From: Eledone cirrhosa
Taxonomy: Eukaryota
Direction of reading: 5' to 3'
Assembly (NCBI GenBank): GCA_964016885.1
Contig: OZ024747.1
Coordinates: 63,612,001 to 63,676,000 of the forward strand
DNA: 64,000 nt
In this document: positions 38,185 to 53,499 of the stretch, one piece after another
Layout of the letters: each line of letters starts with the position of its first letter
Numbering within the stretch: the stretch's first letter is position 1
Program-made: the position numbers and the translations under genes
Notes under the pieces: generated by a model
What the model was told of the DNA's origin: nothing
The model's database searches: none
Seen by the model: only the letters and a program-made list of their open reading frames with translations

Positions 38185-39473
38185 GGAAAAGAGCCAGGAC
38201 CCTGATGGCTGAGAGAGATCCGGCAGCTAGATCCAACAAATTTCAACAGCTATATGTACATACATGATGATGGCTGTAACTCAATTTTGAGTAATGCCAT
38301 CACTTATTACTTAAGCATAAACATCACAGACATGGCTTTTTAGTCCTGCTAGGGACTTGTCTATTGCCAGCAATACCATACATCTTCCTATCCTAGAACT
38401 TCCCTATCTTATGTCTAGTCAGTGGCCTCTTTAGCTCTCTCTTACTCTGAAATCACTTATCAATAACCCTGATAAAACTGCCTCTTGCTCTGTGGAACAA
38501 AACCACCCATTCTAAAGAATTCTTATTTAAATTTACATCTTCCACATCATTTTATATAGGAACTATGTGTTAAGTTTCTCTCTTACCATCCTCCAGGGAA
38601 ACGCCTTCTCTATTCTGTCCGCTGGGGCCATGGAGCAGCCAACATGTGGGACCCCATTTGCTCATAATAGGGAGAGATAGGGTGGGTGAGAGAGATGGAG
38701 GCAATGACAGTGGGAGTTCGGCTCTTCTGTGTTCAGACCTAGTGTGCAGTGTCAGTTGTCCATAAGTAGGTAGTTACTATCTTTTTAATGAAATAATAAT
38801 GGTTTTTTAAATCTCGCAAGTCTTCCTTATTTCATTGAAATAGTGTATTTCATTAGAATGATGATCACAAATAGGTTAATATAAGTTCAGTGGTACATTG
38901 CTCACCAGCAAAAGACTTAGTATCCACAACCACCTCATTGCTCTATTGCCTGGTCAAAATAAAATCAATCTGGTTTTTGTCTTCACTAGATTGGTAGAGT
39001 ATCAGTTGGCTGGTCAATGTTTGAAGGTTAGTATTCCAAATGAGTCATTTGCATCACAGAACTCTAGTAGTTTTGATCCTTCTTCCTTCCTGAACCTTAT
39101 TCATGTGTGTGTGTGTGTGTTGGGGAAGTGTGAAAATGATCATTAAGGGTGAGGTGGAAGCTGGGTTAATTTCACAAGCTAGTTATCAATATGATAATAT
39201 AACTGGCAGTTTTGAGTAATTTATTCTGTATGTGAAAGCCTTGTTCTTAAAAACAATCACATGAGGATATGTATATGTACATATGTGCATGTGTGTGTAT
39301 GTATCATCATCATCGTTTAACATCTATCTTCCAAGTTAGCATGGGTTATATATATATATATATATACACACACACATATGTATGTATGCATATATATATG
39401 TATATATGTATATATATATATATATACGCATACACACACACATATATATATATATATATATGTACATATATAT

Positions 39474-39523
<50 letters not shown>

Positions 39524-39647
39524 CGAAGGAAGTGTGGTAAGGAACCAGGTGGACCAGATCGAACCTTGAGCTGATCGGTGGCGAAACGCTCATCACCAAC
39601 CAATAAATGTAATGAAGGAGTTACCACTCATCCTTGTTTTATTTTAT

Positions 39648-39716
<69 letters not shown>

Positions 39717-40328
39717 GTATATATATATATATATATATACATATAAATGTATCTATGTGTGTATGTGTGTATATATATATATACATATATATGTATGTAT
39801 GCATTTATATATGTATATCTATAGATACATATATAAGACAGAGGAATAGTTTAAGAATTCCTCTTTAAATAGTGTCTTTCCAAGATTGCATTTCTTAATA
39901 GAATTAACTGCCAATGTTCTCTTTCAATGGAACTGTATTTTCACAATAAATTACCTGAAATGCTTTTGTTACCTTTTTTTTATATTTTAATTAGGACCAT
40001 TATCAATAAAATGATATATCAAAAGAATGAAAATGATGAATACATTTAAGCTGTAGCTAATGTGTTTCACTGGTCTGGAGATTTTAGATGAATGCATTTC
40101 ATTTTCAAAAAAATAATTGTCAAATTAATCCTGTCTAATTAAGACGTCTGCAAACATTTTCTTTCTCCTGGTTGGTTACATATGTCCATGCTTTGTCATT
40201 TAGTCTATAATTCAAATATGTGGAGGTATAACCATTAGTGTATATTTTAGTTATATCTTTGATTAATTTGGTTCCACAGATATTGTCTGAAATATTTTGA
40301 TGTCATCATTTCTGTATTTTTGTTGTTG

Positions 40329-41070
40329 GTTAACTCTTGTGACACCAAACTACCAGAAACTACTCCAGTTTCTATGATATAAAGCAATTTGTTTTAAAGT
40401 GTTTCAAGTTTTCAAAAACATTCCATTATAATTTTATGCAAGAGCATTTAAGTCATGTTACAAAGACCATTTTAACTCTTCTGATTCTAACCTGCTTGAA
40501 ATATCTCCTGGTTCTATGATATACAACTATTTGTTTTAAAGTGTTCATAATTTTTCTAAAAATCTTCCTCAATAATAGTATGTAAGAACCTTTGTTAAGT
40601 TATGTCTCAAGCACCATTTTGCTCTTCTGATAACCTGCTGAAAACAGCTCCTGGTTCAAAACTGTTCAAACCAGCCATAAGTGGCCACTCATAGTGATGT
40701 TAAGGTATTGTTCTCAAAATAAATATCAAAATCTCTTAGATTGGATATTATGTGAGATAAAGACATGAGCGTGAAAATATAATAGTAAATATAGAGTGAT
40801 GTAAATGCTAAAGGGTTAAAGCATCAATAATTTTTCTTAAATCTATTATAATTATAAGTAAAATCCTTTTTAACTCTTTAGCATTTAAACCAGCTGTATT
40901 TGGCCAGAATTCTCTCATTTCTTTCTGTTCAAACTGGTTATAACCAGCTGCTCATACTTATAATAATAATAAATAATATCAAAATTTCATAGATTTGATA
41001 TTATGTGAGATAAAGTGTTTATTGTGAAAATACAATAGTAAATATAGAGTGATGTAAATGCTAAAGGGTA
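40329..41070. mobile_element. Cluster of TTAA-MITE fragments
   Basis: Three diverged ~145-bp left-end repeats (40329, 40471, 40618), a right end at ~40818, then a full copy ~40870-41068. Confidence 0.65.
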
Positions 41071-41282
41071 TAATGTTTATATTCTTTTCGGTGTTTACAA
41101 CAACATGCATTTAAGTGGTTATTTTTGCTGCTAAAGTAAGAATTGTTTTTGCTGGTCCCGTAATAAGATTTATAATCCTGTTTTACAGCCAAATGCCTTT
41201 CCTGGCACCAACCATTTTCATCATGTCTAATAACATGCAGGGATACAGTCTACCTATTTTAAACTGGATATACACTTTTAAT

Positions 41283-41461
41283 TGTTTCTACTTTTGGCAC
41301 AAGGCCAGCAATTATCCCAGTACATTACTGGTACTTTATTTTATCGACCCCGTAAGGATGAAAGGCAAAGTAAACCTCGGCGGGATTTGAACTCAGATCG
41401 TAAAGGGACGTAACTATGCTGGAAAGCATGGCGCCCGACCTTCTACCGATACTGCCAATCC
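41283..41461 (-). mobile_element. SINE family A with TSD
   Basis: ATATACACTTTTAAT at 41268-41282 and 41462-41476. Confidence 0.9.
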
Positions 41462-41565
41462 ATATACACTTTTAATGTTAATGTGTTGGGATTGTAGTAT
41501 TTAAGTCATTGTTTCCCAAAATTAAAATTCACTCACTTGATAAATAGGAAGATCTAAAGAAAATA

Positions 41566-41757
41566 ATTGTTTCTACTTTTGGCACAAGGCCAGCAAATAC
41601 CCCAGTGTGTTATTGGTATATTATTTTATCGACCTCCTTAAGGATGAATGGCAAAGTTAACCTTGGCGGGATTTGAACTCAGATCATAAAGGACTGTAAC
41701 TCTTTGCTGCAAAGCATGGCGTCCGACCCTCTATAGATACTGCCAATCCAACGCTCC
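41566..41757 (-). mobile_element. SINE family A with TSD
   Basis: AAAGAAAATAAT on both sides. Confidence 0.9.
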
Positions 41758-41767
41758 AAAGAAAATA

Positions 41768-42000
41768 ATGTTTCTATTAGAGGCATAAGACCTTCAATTT
41801 GTAGGGAGTGGAAAGTCGATTTAATTGACCCCAGTGCATTACTGGTGCTTTATTTTATTGACCCCATAAGGTAACCTCGGCAGGATTTGAAAGACAAAGC
41901 TAACCTTAGCAGGATTTGAACTCAAATCATAAAGGGCCATAACTCTGTGCAATAACGCATGTTGTTCGATGCTCCACTGATACTGCCAACCCACTACCTT
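41768..42000 (-). mobile_element. SINE family A long variant with internal duplication
   Basis: taacctcggcaggatttgaa repeated. Confidence 0.8.
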
Positions 42001-42938
42001 AAATAGAAATAATAGAACTTAGTTCAGTCTCTGAACATGTTCTTATTACATCTCTGTCGTTTATTCTCTGTCATTTTTTATGTTAATTATAAGATGTTTG
42101 TTTGTTTCTACAATTTCAAAGTGAGTTGTAAAACACAACTGTACATGATAGATTTACATTTAAAGAGACAAACATTGATTAGCTTCTGTTCCTTGTGTTT
42201 TATCTCTCATAACAATTTTACAAAGAATGCCACCGTTTATCTCTGTGGAATCCTTATAAAACCTTATCTATAGAGTCTTGCTGTTTCTACTATGTTACTG
42301 GTATTTAATTTATTTTCTTGGGTGGGGGGAATACAATTTAAGAAGACATTTGATGGAAGCTGATACTGTCGAGTTGTTATAACTCTGTGAAAACTTTTAT
42401 TTACATGACCTAAAAACAAGCAATTAAACAGTGCTACAAATAAAAAAAATTTAGTATAGGGAATTGCCAGGTAAATTTTTTATATTCTAAAATCTTAGAT
42501 TTGACATTCGATAGTCTACCAAACTAACAAACCCTCACACACATATAGACATGCACACAAACACACATACACTTACATGTAGGTGCATACAAAAAAAGGT
42601 AGTTTCTGGATGTACCTTTATTCTATTTCCAATGAAGAGAATATTCTTAATGATAAATAACTCTCTAAAACAACTAAGTTTTTGCAACTTTTATTATCAT
42701 TATAATAAGGGCGGTTGGTTGGTAGAATTGGTAGAGCATCTGAAAAAATGCCTTGCAGTATTTGTTCCAGCTCTTTGCATTTGATCTTTCAAGGAGTTGA
42801 TCAAATAAAGTACCAATCAAGCGCTGGGATTGATTTAATTGACTTCATCTTCCCCTCAAATTGCTCGTCTTGTTGCCAATATTAGAAACCATTTTTATTA
42901 GTATTTGGGATGATAAGTTTCTATAGCTGTGAGTTTAA

Positions 42939-43170
42939 CCCTTTAGTTTCTAATCCGGCCAAAGCCAGCTCTGGTTCTATGAAACAAAACCACCCATTTT
43001 AAGGATTTCCAATTTAAATTAATATCTTTCAACATAATTCTATATAAGTACCATATGTTAAGTTACTATCTTAGTAATGAAATAATTAATAATTTTAGTA
43101 AATCTCTAAAAATTCTTCATTAATCAATTAAAATAGAGTACATTTTATTAGAAATGCAGTCAGGAAAGGG
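42939..43170. mobile_element. TTAA-flanked MITE
   Basis: ttaa|cccttt ... aaaggg|ttaa. Confidence 0.7.
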
Positions 43171-43926
43171 TTAAGTTACGATGCTGTCCTTAACCACAAC
43201 TGTATCTATTCTGAGTTTATTTCTATCTAGAATTAATTCTACTTTTTTATACATTAAAAAAATAGATAAATGAATAAAATAAGCTGATCATCAGATCAGA
43301 TCAAAAAACTATCGTGCTTTTTGTTTCCTTGTTGGTATTATCTGTATAGAAGGAGGGGGGATTTGATCTAAGAATGCACAGAGGCAGCTCAGATACCGCA
43401 AAGTATTTGTGAAAGTATCAGAGGGGATATCATCATCATCATCATCACGATTTAAAAATGGACATTAAATAGTGATGATGGTGAGGATGATATCCCTTCT
43501 AAGACTTTCACAATTCTATCAATCCACTGCCCCTGAAATGGTACTTTATTGACCACAAAAAGGGCAAAGGAAAATTTGACCATGCTGGGATTTGAACACA
43601 GTTCAAATCTGAATCAATTACTAAGGAATTTTAATCTAACATTCTAACAACTATGTTTATTATCCAATCAGTATTAATGAAATATGTACCAGTAATATAC
43701 TAAGGTTCATTTAATCAATTCTAATTCCTTCTTTGGCCAGCATCACTCTTGTGTCTAGTTACAAGTAATTGTAATCATTAAACAGACTTTAAAGTGTTAA
43801 GAACATCACAATTAAAAATTCAAACAAAATAATTGTGTAATTTTACTATTTCATTTTCCTGCAAAATAAATCTATATTTCTTTGAAAATAATATTCTAAA
43901 CGTATTTAAATACACACATCTCCACC

Positions 43927-44013
<87 letters not shown>

Positions 44014-44189
44014 GGTGTGTATATATGTGATTTTGTGTAAACATATATATATACACATATGTGTATATATATATACACACACATATGTGTATATATATAT
44101 ATATATATATGTTTACACAAAATCATACACACACACATTAAGTGGTAACTAGCAGAAAACCACCAAGCTCACAGTTGATCCTCTACTTT

Positions 44190-44286
<97 letters not shown>

Positions 44287-45620
44287 TATAATGAGAAGTT
44301 ATTCATTTAAATTTCATAAAACACTATTGATTATTCCCACCACCATCACCGCTTCTGCTTTCTATCTGCTTTAATTATATGAAAACTGTTCATTTATTTA
44401 TATATATATATATATATATATTGTTGGGGCTGTTTTTTTCATATTTCTCTGATATAATAATTATTTCTTACATTACTATGTGCTGCCTCACATTTTCCTA
44501 TCGCCCAATCTATCACAAGATGTCATATAAAAAACGAAGAAAAACATTTATGTACATACATGCTTTTGAAAAAATAAAGCCTGATAACATATCTTATGTT
44601 CCGTGTAATGCCATTGGGTTTTTTTTCTTCTTCCATACATAAATCTTTCCTAGTTAGATATCCATTCCTATATTTCATCACTACGACTTTCCAATCAATA
44701 AAATTTCTGCTTTATAATCATCACTCAAAAGCACTTGTCTATTTAACTAAAATGGTGTTTCGTTAGCGAGACAGTGCTCTGTCAAATATTAAATATTTTT
44801 ATTTAATTTATTTTTGGTCTTTCAAATTCATGCATCTATATCTCATACATTAAACTTTTCTATGTATTTTTCTATTAAATACATTTTCTCATATTTTTTC
44901 TTCTTCAAATCAATTACGACTATTTCAAAAAAAAAAAAAAAAGAATTTGTCATTTCTTTAAACACATTCTGTTCTCTTCAAGTCTTTTTTAATATAATTT
45001 TTCCAATTTTTCCAAGAAAGGAAACCATAATAATTTTAAAATATAATTCCAATAACTTTTATCTAATATTTTTTTCTGTTCTTCAATAGGTTTTCTCTCA
45101 ATTTCTAATTATATTTATCAGTTGGTACACAACTACATATGTAACTCCGGTAAAGAAATATGGTATAAAGCTCTTTCTGCTCATGAATTAACAAATAACA
45201 ATACAACAAATATATTTGTTAAAATCCAATTTAGACAAGGAGTCTATCGGTGAGAGAATTAAACAGCAATAGATATTGGAAGAAGGATAACCATCAATCA
45301 GTCTTTTTAAATCAATATTCTATAATATTGTGGAATATCTAACAACTTCCTATTGACTGAAATTTCAAAGACAGAGAGAAATAAATAAAAACTAAGTTAG
45401 TAGAATGTTTGTTAAAACTATTGTACTTTTCTCTGAGAGAAATATATTCCACGTTTTTAAATCTTTGCAGATGTGTTATGACTTCAAGGATGATATCTAA
45501 ACTTATACTTATACACACACACACACACACACATATATACTCTCTCTCTCCCTCTCACACACACAAACACTCACTCTCTCTCTCTCACACAAACACATGT
45601 ATATATATACATATATATGT

Positions 45621-45713
<93 letters not shown>

Positions 45714-45773
45714 TACATATACACACACATATATCTTCTTTATATATACATATATATATATACACACATATAC

Positions 45774-45804
<31 letters not shown>

Positions 45805-46108
45805 CGAGGGTCATAGGCTGACCAAGATACCCTCATGGAATGTCCAAATGAGATATAATTTTTCAATAAAGTCTCTGAAAAGAAACAATGCAGTTATTAA
45901 TAATAAAAGTTGAAATTAATGCATGCAAGATTTCACAACCCTAGCATCACTAGATGACATAAAATCTATAAAAAAATGCTGTCTGGCATTCTTAACCCTA
46001 CTGAGATAGCTGTGACATGATTACTGCTTATTAAAACAATGAGTGAGATTCTTGTATGTTTATTATCCATAAATATATACTACATGCTTTCATATACATT
46101 CCTATGAT

Positions 46109-46880
<772 letters not shown>

Positions 46881-48320
46881 TATATATATATACTGTATAT
46901 ATATATATAATGTATTATTATTAGCACACATTAAAAGCTTGAGTAAACAATTTCTGCTTTCACCCTTTGTATTCATTACTTCTACTACTACTACTACTAC
47001 ATAATGTATGTATATATATTTATTTATAATGTGTATATGTATGTAAACAAGTGTGTATGTATGCATGTATGTATCTATGGCCATACATAAACATAACATG
47101 GGTTTTCATATATGATATGCAATTTATGTCTACTAAATAAAAGAGTGTGTGTATTTAAGATGTGTAGTCATAAATGAATAGTATTTTATCTTCATTCTAC
47201 AAACTGTAGATGACATGTATAATAAATGAATGTATGCTGAGAAAATCTATTTAATTACTACAGAACAACTATGATAACTGCATTGTTTGTAAACTAGCAG
47301 TGACGAGCCACACTTCCAATACATTTTTGTCTATTTATACTATAATACTATAGATTATCCTGGAATGGTAATGATTATTCGCTGCCTAATAAATCATAGG
47401 AAATATATTATAAGTCCACAAAAACATTTATTTGAATTACCCTAGCTCTATAGACATTTATATATATATATATATATATTCTTGTAAATGTTATTGTTGT
47501 ACAGATCTCTAATCCCTCATTCAACAATGTGAACCATAAAAAATAATTGGTGCTATGGTTCTTATCCTTCTTGTTTGCTTGCCTGCTTGCTTTATAGTTT
47601 AAGTATTACAGCTAATATCTCAGTAATTAAAGTTATAACTGGAAAGCTTATATTGTTTGGGTTTCTTTTTTATGTCTGTGATTACTCAGAAAAATAAATA
47701 TTGACTTTCTTTTCTTTTATTTTACTTATGTTATCATCACCATTTAACGTCTATTTTCCATGCTTGCATAGGTTAGATGAGTTGCCAAGTCAGATGTCCA
47801 TGCCTTGCTCATATAGAACTGTTTCTGGCTTCGTTTTTGTGGTTGAAACCCCTTCTTAATGTCAACCACATCACGGTGTGAACTGGGTGCTTTTTTTTTT
47901 TTATTGTGGCACCAAAATGACCACCGGACAGGTTGTAGATTGAAGTGTAGGAGGAGGTGGGGTGGAAAGCTAGAACAGGGGTCGTATCTTTAACATGAAG
48001 CAGCCTTGAAATTTCTTTCATTCTTGTACTTTAACTTCTGTTAATGTCCTTGTTTGGCTCCATTCGTTGAGGTTTGTGAGTTTGTAGGTATGTGTGGTGT
48101 ATGTAGGTGTTTGGGTGAGAGTATGTGTGTGTATGTAGTGTGTGGGCGTGTTTGTATGTGTCTGTGTGTGTCTGTTAATGACATCTATCTGTGTGGGGGG
48201 AGTTGTTTGTTGTGAGTATGTGTGTATATATGTATGTGTGTCTATGAATGTGTATGTGTATGTGTATATGTATGTATACATGTGTGTGTGTATTTGTGCA
48301 TGTATCTATCTATCTATCTA

Positions 48321-48675
48321 GGAAGAAGAATCAGGATGGAGAGAGAGGTGCTGTACCCCAGCAAGTTTTATGAAAGGTGGGTGAAAGTGGCGAGAATGGC
48401 CCGAGTGAATGGGCCTTCTCTCTATATCAGCCTGTAGGTTGAGGAAAAGGAGGAGGAGAGGAAAGGAGTACAAGCTCTTCGTACTCCTGGAGATGAGGGT
48501 TGCACATTTTTTTCGGGGGTATGTGTTACCCATATAAACTGTCTCCCTCTATTGGGGAAAATCGACTAACTTTTAAATTCCAACTGTGATAACATTTTAC
48601 ACGTTTTTATTGTATGTAAACTTTCCCCTTTGTATTTGTCCCCTTCTTTTGTGCCCCTGTGGCTAATAAAGAAAT
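48321..48675 (+). mobile_element. Tx1-like LINE 3' end, second copy
   Basis: RRIRMEREVLYPSKFYERWVKVARMARVNGPSLYISL*, homologous to 13630-13743; AATAAA; (TATC)n on both sides. Confidence 0.85.
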
Positions 48676-49037
48676 ATATCTATCTATCTAGATAGATAGA
48701 TAGATATATAGATAGATAGATAAATAAATAGATAGATACATAAAGAAAGAGAGAGAAAGAGGGAGAAATAATGTGTGTATATGTGGTAACAATGATGTCT
48801 TTTCTCTTGTATCTGTGCAATTTTCTCAGTCAGAAAAGCATTGTTTTGAAGAGATGAAAGAACTATTTAAGAATTAAAATAAACCGAATCATATATGTTT
48901 TCCATAGTTTCCTATTTACTTAGTTTGCTGTTCCTCTTTTACAGATTGCATTTATGTTATTGTTAGTAACCAATTTCATTAGACAATTATATATATATAA
49001 AGCTCCCAGCCCACACACACTTAAGTGCTCGTGTAGG

Positions 49038-49440
49038 TCATCATCATCATCATCATCACCGTTTTACGTCCGTTCTTCCATGCTAGCATGGGTTAGACGG
49101 GTTGTCCTGTTGTTGGCAGTGTCTGGTCGGCTGACCATGCCTTGCTCATACAGGAACTGATTTTGGCTTGATTTCTACAGCTGGATGCCCTTCCTAACAC
49201 CAACCTCATTTACAGTGAGTGCTGGGTGCTTTTTCCGTGGCGCCTACACGTCCACTTTACAGTGTGGGCTGGGTGCTTTTTTGCCGTGGCACCTCCACGA
49301 CCACCTTACAGTGGGAGGGTGTGGGGGCATATTGTCTATATGCTTCAGCTTGTAGGTGTCATGACAAAAAGCACCCAGCCCTCACTCTTTGGTAGTCATT
49401 TCGGTGCCATACTAAAAAGCACCCAGTCCACACTGTGAGG
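49038..49440 (-). mobile_element. Family C retroposon with inverted subrepeats at its 5' side
   Basis: Reverse complement of 57680-57970; 49363-49436 carries subrepeats on the + strand. Confidence 0.8.
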
Positions 49441-49654
49441 TGTATCAATCATACTATGCCCACTAGCTTTTTCTGTCTCTGCAAATGAGCTTCATCAGTC
49501 AATGTTCATAAGCATAAATACTATAACCATGTAGCTTATTTGTGTCATAGCATCCAAGTGGTGTCAGCCCTTCTGAAGATGGTTAATGAACTGGAAACAA
49601 TGGTTAGAGGGCTCTTCCTTTGTTCACACCAGTGTTGAAAGTCACCATTTCTAG

Positions 49655-49838
49655 TAATTTATCATTTTACTGGTTTCACAAGTTTCATGATTTTCAAAAC
49701 GTGAGTTGGAGAGATGTATGGCTATGCCGACTTGTAAATCACATCTCATGTGAGTTAAAAGTCGGCATAGCCACACATCTCTCCATCCCACTCACGTTTG
49801 TAAATCACAAAACTTGTGAAACCAGCAAAGTTATAAAT
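49655..49838. repeat. Fold-back palindrome, ~85-bp arms
   Basis: ctggtttcacaagttt...ggctatgccgactt / aagtcggcatagcc...aaacttgtgaaaccag. Confidence 0.85.
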
Positions 49839-49891
49839 TATTGTAAATAAACTTTCTGAAAGACTCAAATTTCATTTTCAATTTCATTTTC

Positions 49892-49892
<1 letters not shown>

Positions 49893-49971
<79 letters not shown>

Positions 49972-49980
49972 ATATCTATC
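49893..49980. repeat. (TATC)n microsatellite
   Basis: Direct observation. Confidence 0.95.
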
Positions 49981-50905
49981 TGTGTGTGTGTGTGTGTGTG
50001 GAGAGAGAGACAGGGAGATGGCCTTAAAATGAGTTTTACAAATGGCATTTACAATATATCATATATTTTGAATGAGGCTTTGTAGGTCAGGTCGATAGGT
50101 CCCATGTTGGTTTGTTATGTGATATTTTTCACAGAAAAAGATGTGACTGATACACATATACATTATATATTAGATTTACAATATTTTGTGGCTTCATTCT
50201 TTGTCTATTATTAATTCTTATCTAACAAACAGGAGAAAGTCTGACCCAGTAGTAGATTTTTCCATTGATTGAATTTAATATAACTTAACATGATATTTCA
50301 TTAAACTTCTATGAAAGTGATCTAAACAAAGTAATGATAATTGATTGCTGGTATATTTTCTAATATTAAATTTCTTTTCAAAGTGTTAACCTTATCTTCA
50401 GATATTGTCTTAGAAAAGAAAGTCATTAAATAAATTCAAACACAAAGGAAATTTATATTTTTCTTTCAAAGCACATTTATTTATTCCAGTCATTTGACTG
50501 TGGCCATGCTAGGGCAAGGCTTAAAAGGATTTAGTCAATCCCATCGATGCCAGTATTTGAGTTTTCAAGTTTTGTACTTATTCTATCGATCTTCTTTTGT
50601 TGAGCTGCTAAGTTGTGGGACAAAAAATACAGACACATGCACATACACACATACACGCACATACATATATACACACATACATACACATATATATGTGTGT
50701 GTTTGTGATGGGCTTCTACAGTCTCCATCTATAAAAATTCCCTCATAAGGCATTGGTTGACCTGAGATTATATAAGAAGACACAGTGGTAGAGAACCCAA
50801 TACCACATAGTTGCAAAGTAAACTCTTTACTTGAACAGCCATACCTAGATCGATAAAAAAATAATTCCAGTAAAACCTTTCAAGTTGAGACAGTGAGTTT
50901 ATTAA

Positions 50906-51646
50906 CCCTTTCATTACCACATGTCTAATCAAAGACTCTGCCTATGATTTTCAAATAATTTTGAAAATTATCAAGGATTTGCTGGTATTTAGTAATGTAA
51001 CTTTCTCATTATTAAACTGGTGTTTGGAACATAACTTAAGGCAATTTTTTATACAGAATTTCGACGGAAGGTTTTTAGATAAATATAGACATTACAAAAC
51101 ATACAAAAGAAGCATGTCCCAAGATCCCAAAGAGGGTCCATAAAGGAGCAAACCTTAACAATTGGCAACTTGAACATTACTCCCCTACAGGTAAGGAACA
51201 GGGACTAGTAGAGGAGGCTAGATGCTACCAGTTAGGGATCCTCCAAAGTGTCTTTGGAGTAACATTAATTGATAGAGTGCTTAGCTCGAGGATCAAAGAG
51301 CCATTCCAGGTAGAGCTGCTACATCTCTGAATTGAGAGATCACAGCTCCATTACTACAGACATGTGGTTAGAATGTTTAAGGAAAGAATCACTAGACAGA
51401 TTTTACTGGCATCAAAAACCAGGAGACACAATGGTAAAGCATGAGTAAGATGGTTGAATAAAGCTGGTCTCACTTGGGCATCCAGCGAGTCCAACTAGAG
51501 TTTGCTTTGGATAAGACCTAGTAGAAGACATACATGAGGACTCTTCCCCCAGGACCCAACCAGGAATAAATAGGCAAAGAAGAAGACATAAAGTGTTTAG
51601 TATTATTAAACTAAAGGCAGTTCTAGGCAGTTTGGTATGAAAAGGT
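50906..51646. mobile_element. TTAA MITE interrupted by an RTE family 1 fragment (~51100-51590, +)
   Basis: ttaa|ccctttcattacc...ggtatgaaaagg; inner attgagagatcacagctcc...caggaataaat...gaagaag. Confidence 0.75.
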
Positions 51647-52321
51647 TTAAATAGTTACTGGGTGATATGAAAATAAAATATATTTAGAAGTGTTTTAATT
51701 TCACAGAAATATTCAGTGTGTCTGATATAATTGAAAATATAGAATTAATTTAAGATATTTGATACATCAAGCCCTCTCTCTCTCATCTTTTTGTTCTGTA
51801 CCTTTCTCACCTCCTATCTCCCCTCTCTCTCTCTCCTTTTCTTTCTCTAATTTGTCACAGAATATTGCCAATTTGGAGAGGAAGAATTAATCACTATAAT
51901 TATTCAAGAATCCTCATTTACAATGGCAAGTGGCTTTGAATTTTGCCATTCATGTGAATATACTCAACTTGTGTTGGTTCTTAAATAGGAACTAACATCT
52001 GAATAAATCATTTCAAAAGGACAAGAACCATTCTTACTTTAGTGTATGACTTAAATTGCAGGCAGTGACATCACCACTATCATCATCATTACTCATGTGT
52101 CATTGGAGAACTTTGTGTGATCTTGTCAAATCATTATATTCCTAACACTGTAGCTTTACAAAATTGTGTAATCTTGTAATATAAGCCTTTAATGAAAGAA
52201 ATATTCTCAATACAATCATGGTTGAATTGAGTGACAATGTTTTGTTCATTAACTATTTATATACTCCACATATACCTGTATACAAACTGCACATCCATTT
52301 TACATACAATATTCTTGGATC

Positions 52322-52540
52322 AGGGTTGTGGATTGACAGTATTGGTGGAGTGTCAGACAACATGCTTTATGGCATAGGGTTACACCCCTTTATGATCTGA
52401 GTTCAAATCCTACCGAAGTTAACTTTGCCTTTCATCCTCATCATGGGGGTCGATAAAATAAAGTACCAGTAATGTACTGGAGTTAATTTAATCGTCTTTC
52501 CTGTCCCCAAAATTGTTGGCCTTGTTCCTAAGTCAGAAAC
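52322..52540 (+). mobile_element. SINE family A long variant
   Basis: gagttcaaatcc, gcctttcatcc...ggggtcgataaaataaagtaccag. Confidence 0.85.
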
Positions 52541-52591
52541 TAATATTCTTGGATCGGTACTTGATATAAATTGTGGTTTTATAGGTCCAGT

Positions 52592-52850
52592 CAGGGCCGG
52601 ATTTAATGGAGGGCAAAGGATGCAATTGCCCTGGGACCCTTGCAGTGGGGACGGGAGGGGGGGGGGGGGGGGGCTCACCAGCGATGGCTGTAACAATTTA
52701 TTTGTGCCCTCAGTTGGACTTTTTATTTTTAGGATAGTTAGAAATTTTGAATTTAATACCTGTGTGTATAATTTTTCAATTCCAATTATTTGCGCCAAGC
52801 TAAAATTGATATGTAAAATTGGAGAGTTCCCTGTGTATTCTAATTTTTTG
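52592..52850. mobile_element. hAT-type MITE fragment, opposite orientation to 63636
   Basis: cagggccggatttaatg... matches the reverse complement of ~63690-63932. Confidence 0.7.
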
Positions 52851-53499
52851 GAATGTATGAGCAAGATGATGTGGCAAAAATATGACAATCTGAGTGAAAG
52901 TGTGAGGAAGAGGCTAACCGAGAGAGGGTGACTAGCAGATATAACATTTGCAACAACACGGCATGCCATTTGTCATTCCTATATGCTTTCCCCTTAGCTG
53001 TGACCTGTCTTTTTCCCTTACTGCTATCCTCTTTCTCTCTCCCCCTTCTCTCTCCTTCTCCCTTATACTTTCATTCACCCCCTCTGCTAGTCACCCTCTC
53101 TCGGCTAGCCTCTTCCTCACACTTTCACTCACTCACACTCTGCTACTCACCCTCTCTCTCACTTCCTCCATCGTCCCACACCATGCGGAATTCTTTCCTC
53201 ACTTACTTTCGCATGGTTGGGATATGTCTCTCGTCTTCTCGTCAATATTCGCAAGTTCTTATGTTCAAATGAATCATTGACTTGATTTTCTCATATTTTG
53301 CTCACTTTACGTTGTCTCACCATTCCTGTTTGTTTACCTGTCTCTCTTTCTCCACCCAATTCTTTTTATCCCAATAACTTATTTTAGTTATTGTTCACGC
53401 TAGCCTGAGGTATCTGGTCTTTAATGCGAAGAAATACCTATGATGGCTAGTAGACCACTGATGATGGATAGTCCTGGCTTCTATTTCTAATTCTTCATT

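Noticed and set aside
45803-45875. Mariner-like TIR start (TACGAGGG)
   Set aside because: No matching second TIR found
52403-53280. 188-aa and neighbouring ORFs
   Set aside because: They run through a SINE, a MITE and CT-rich low-complexity sequence; no protein features
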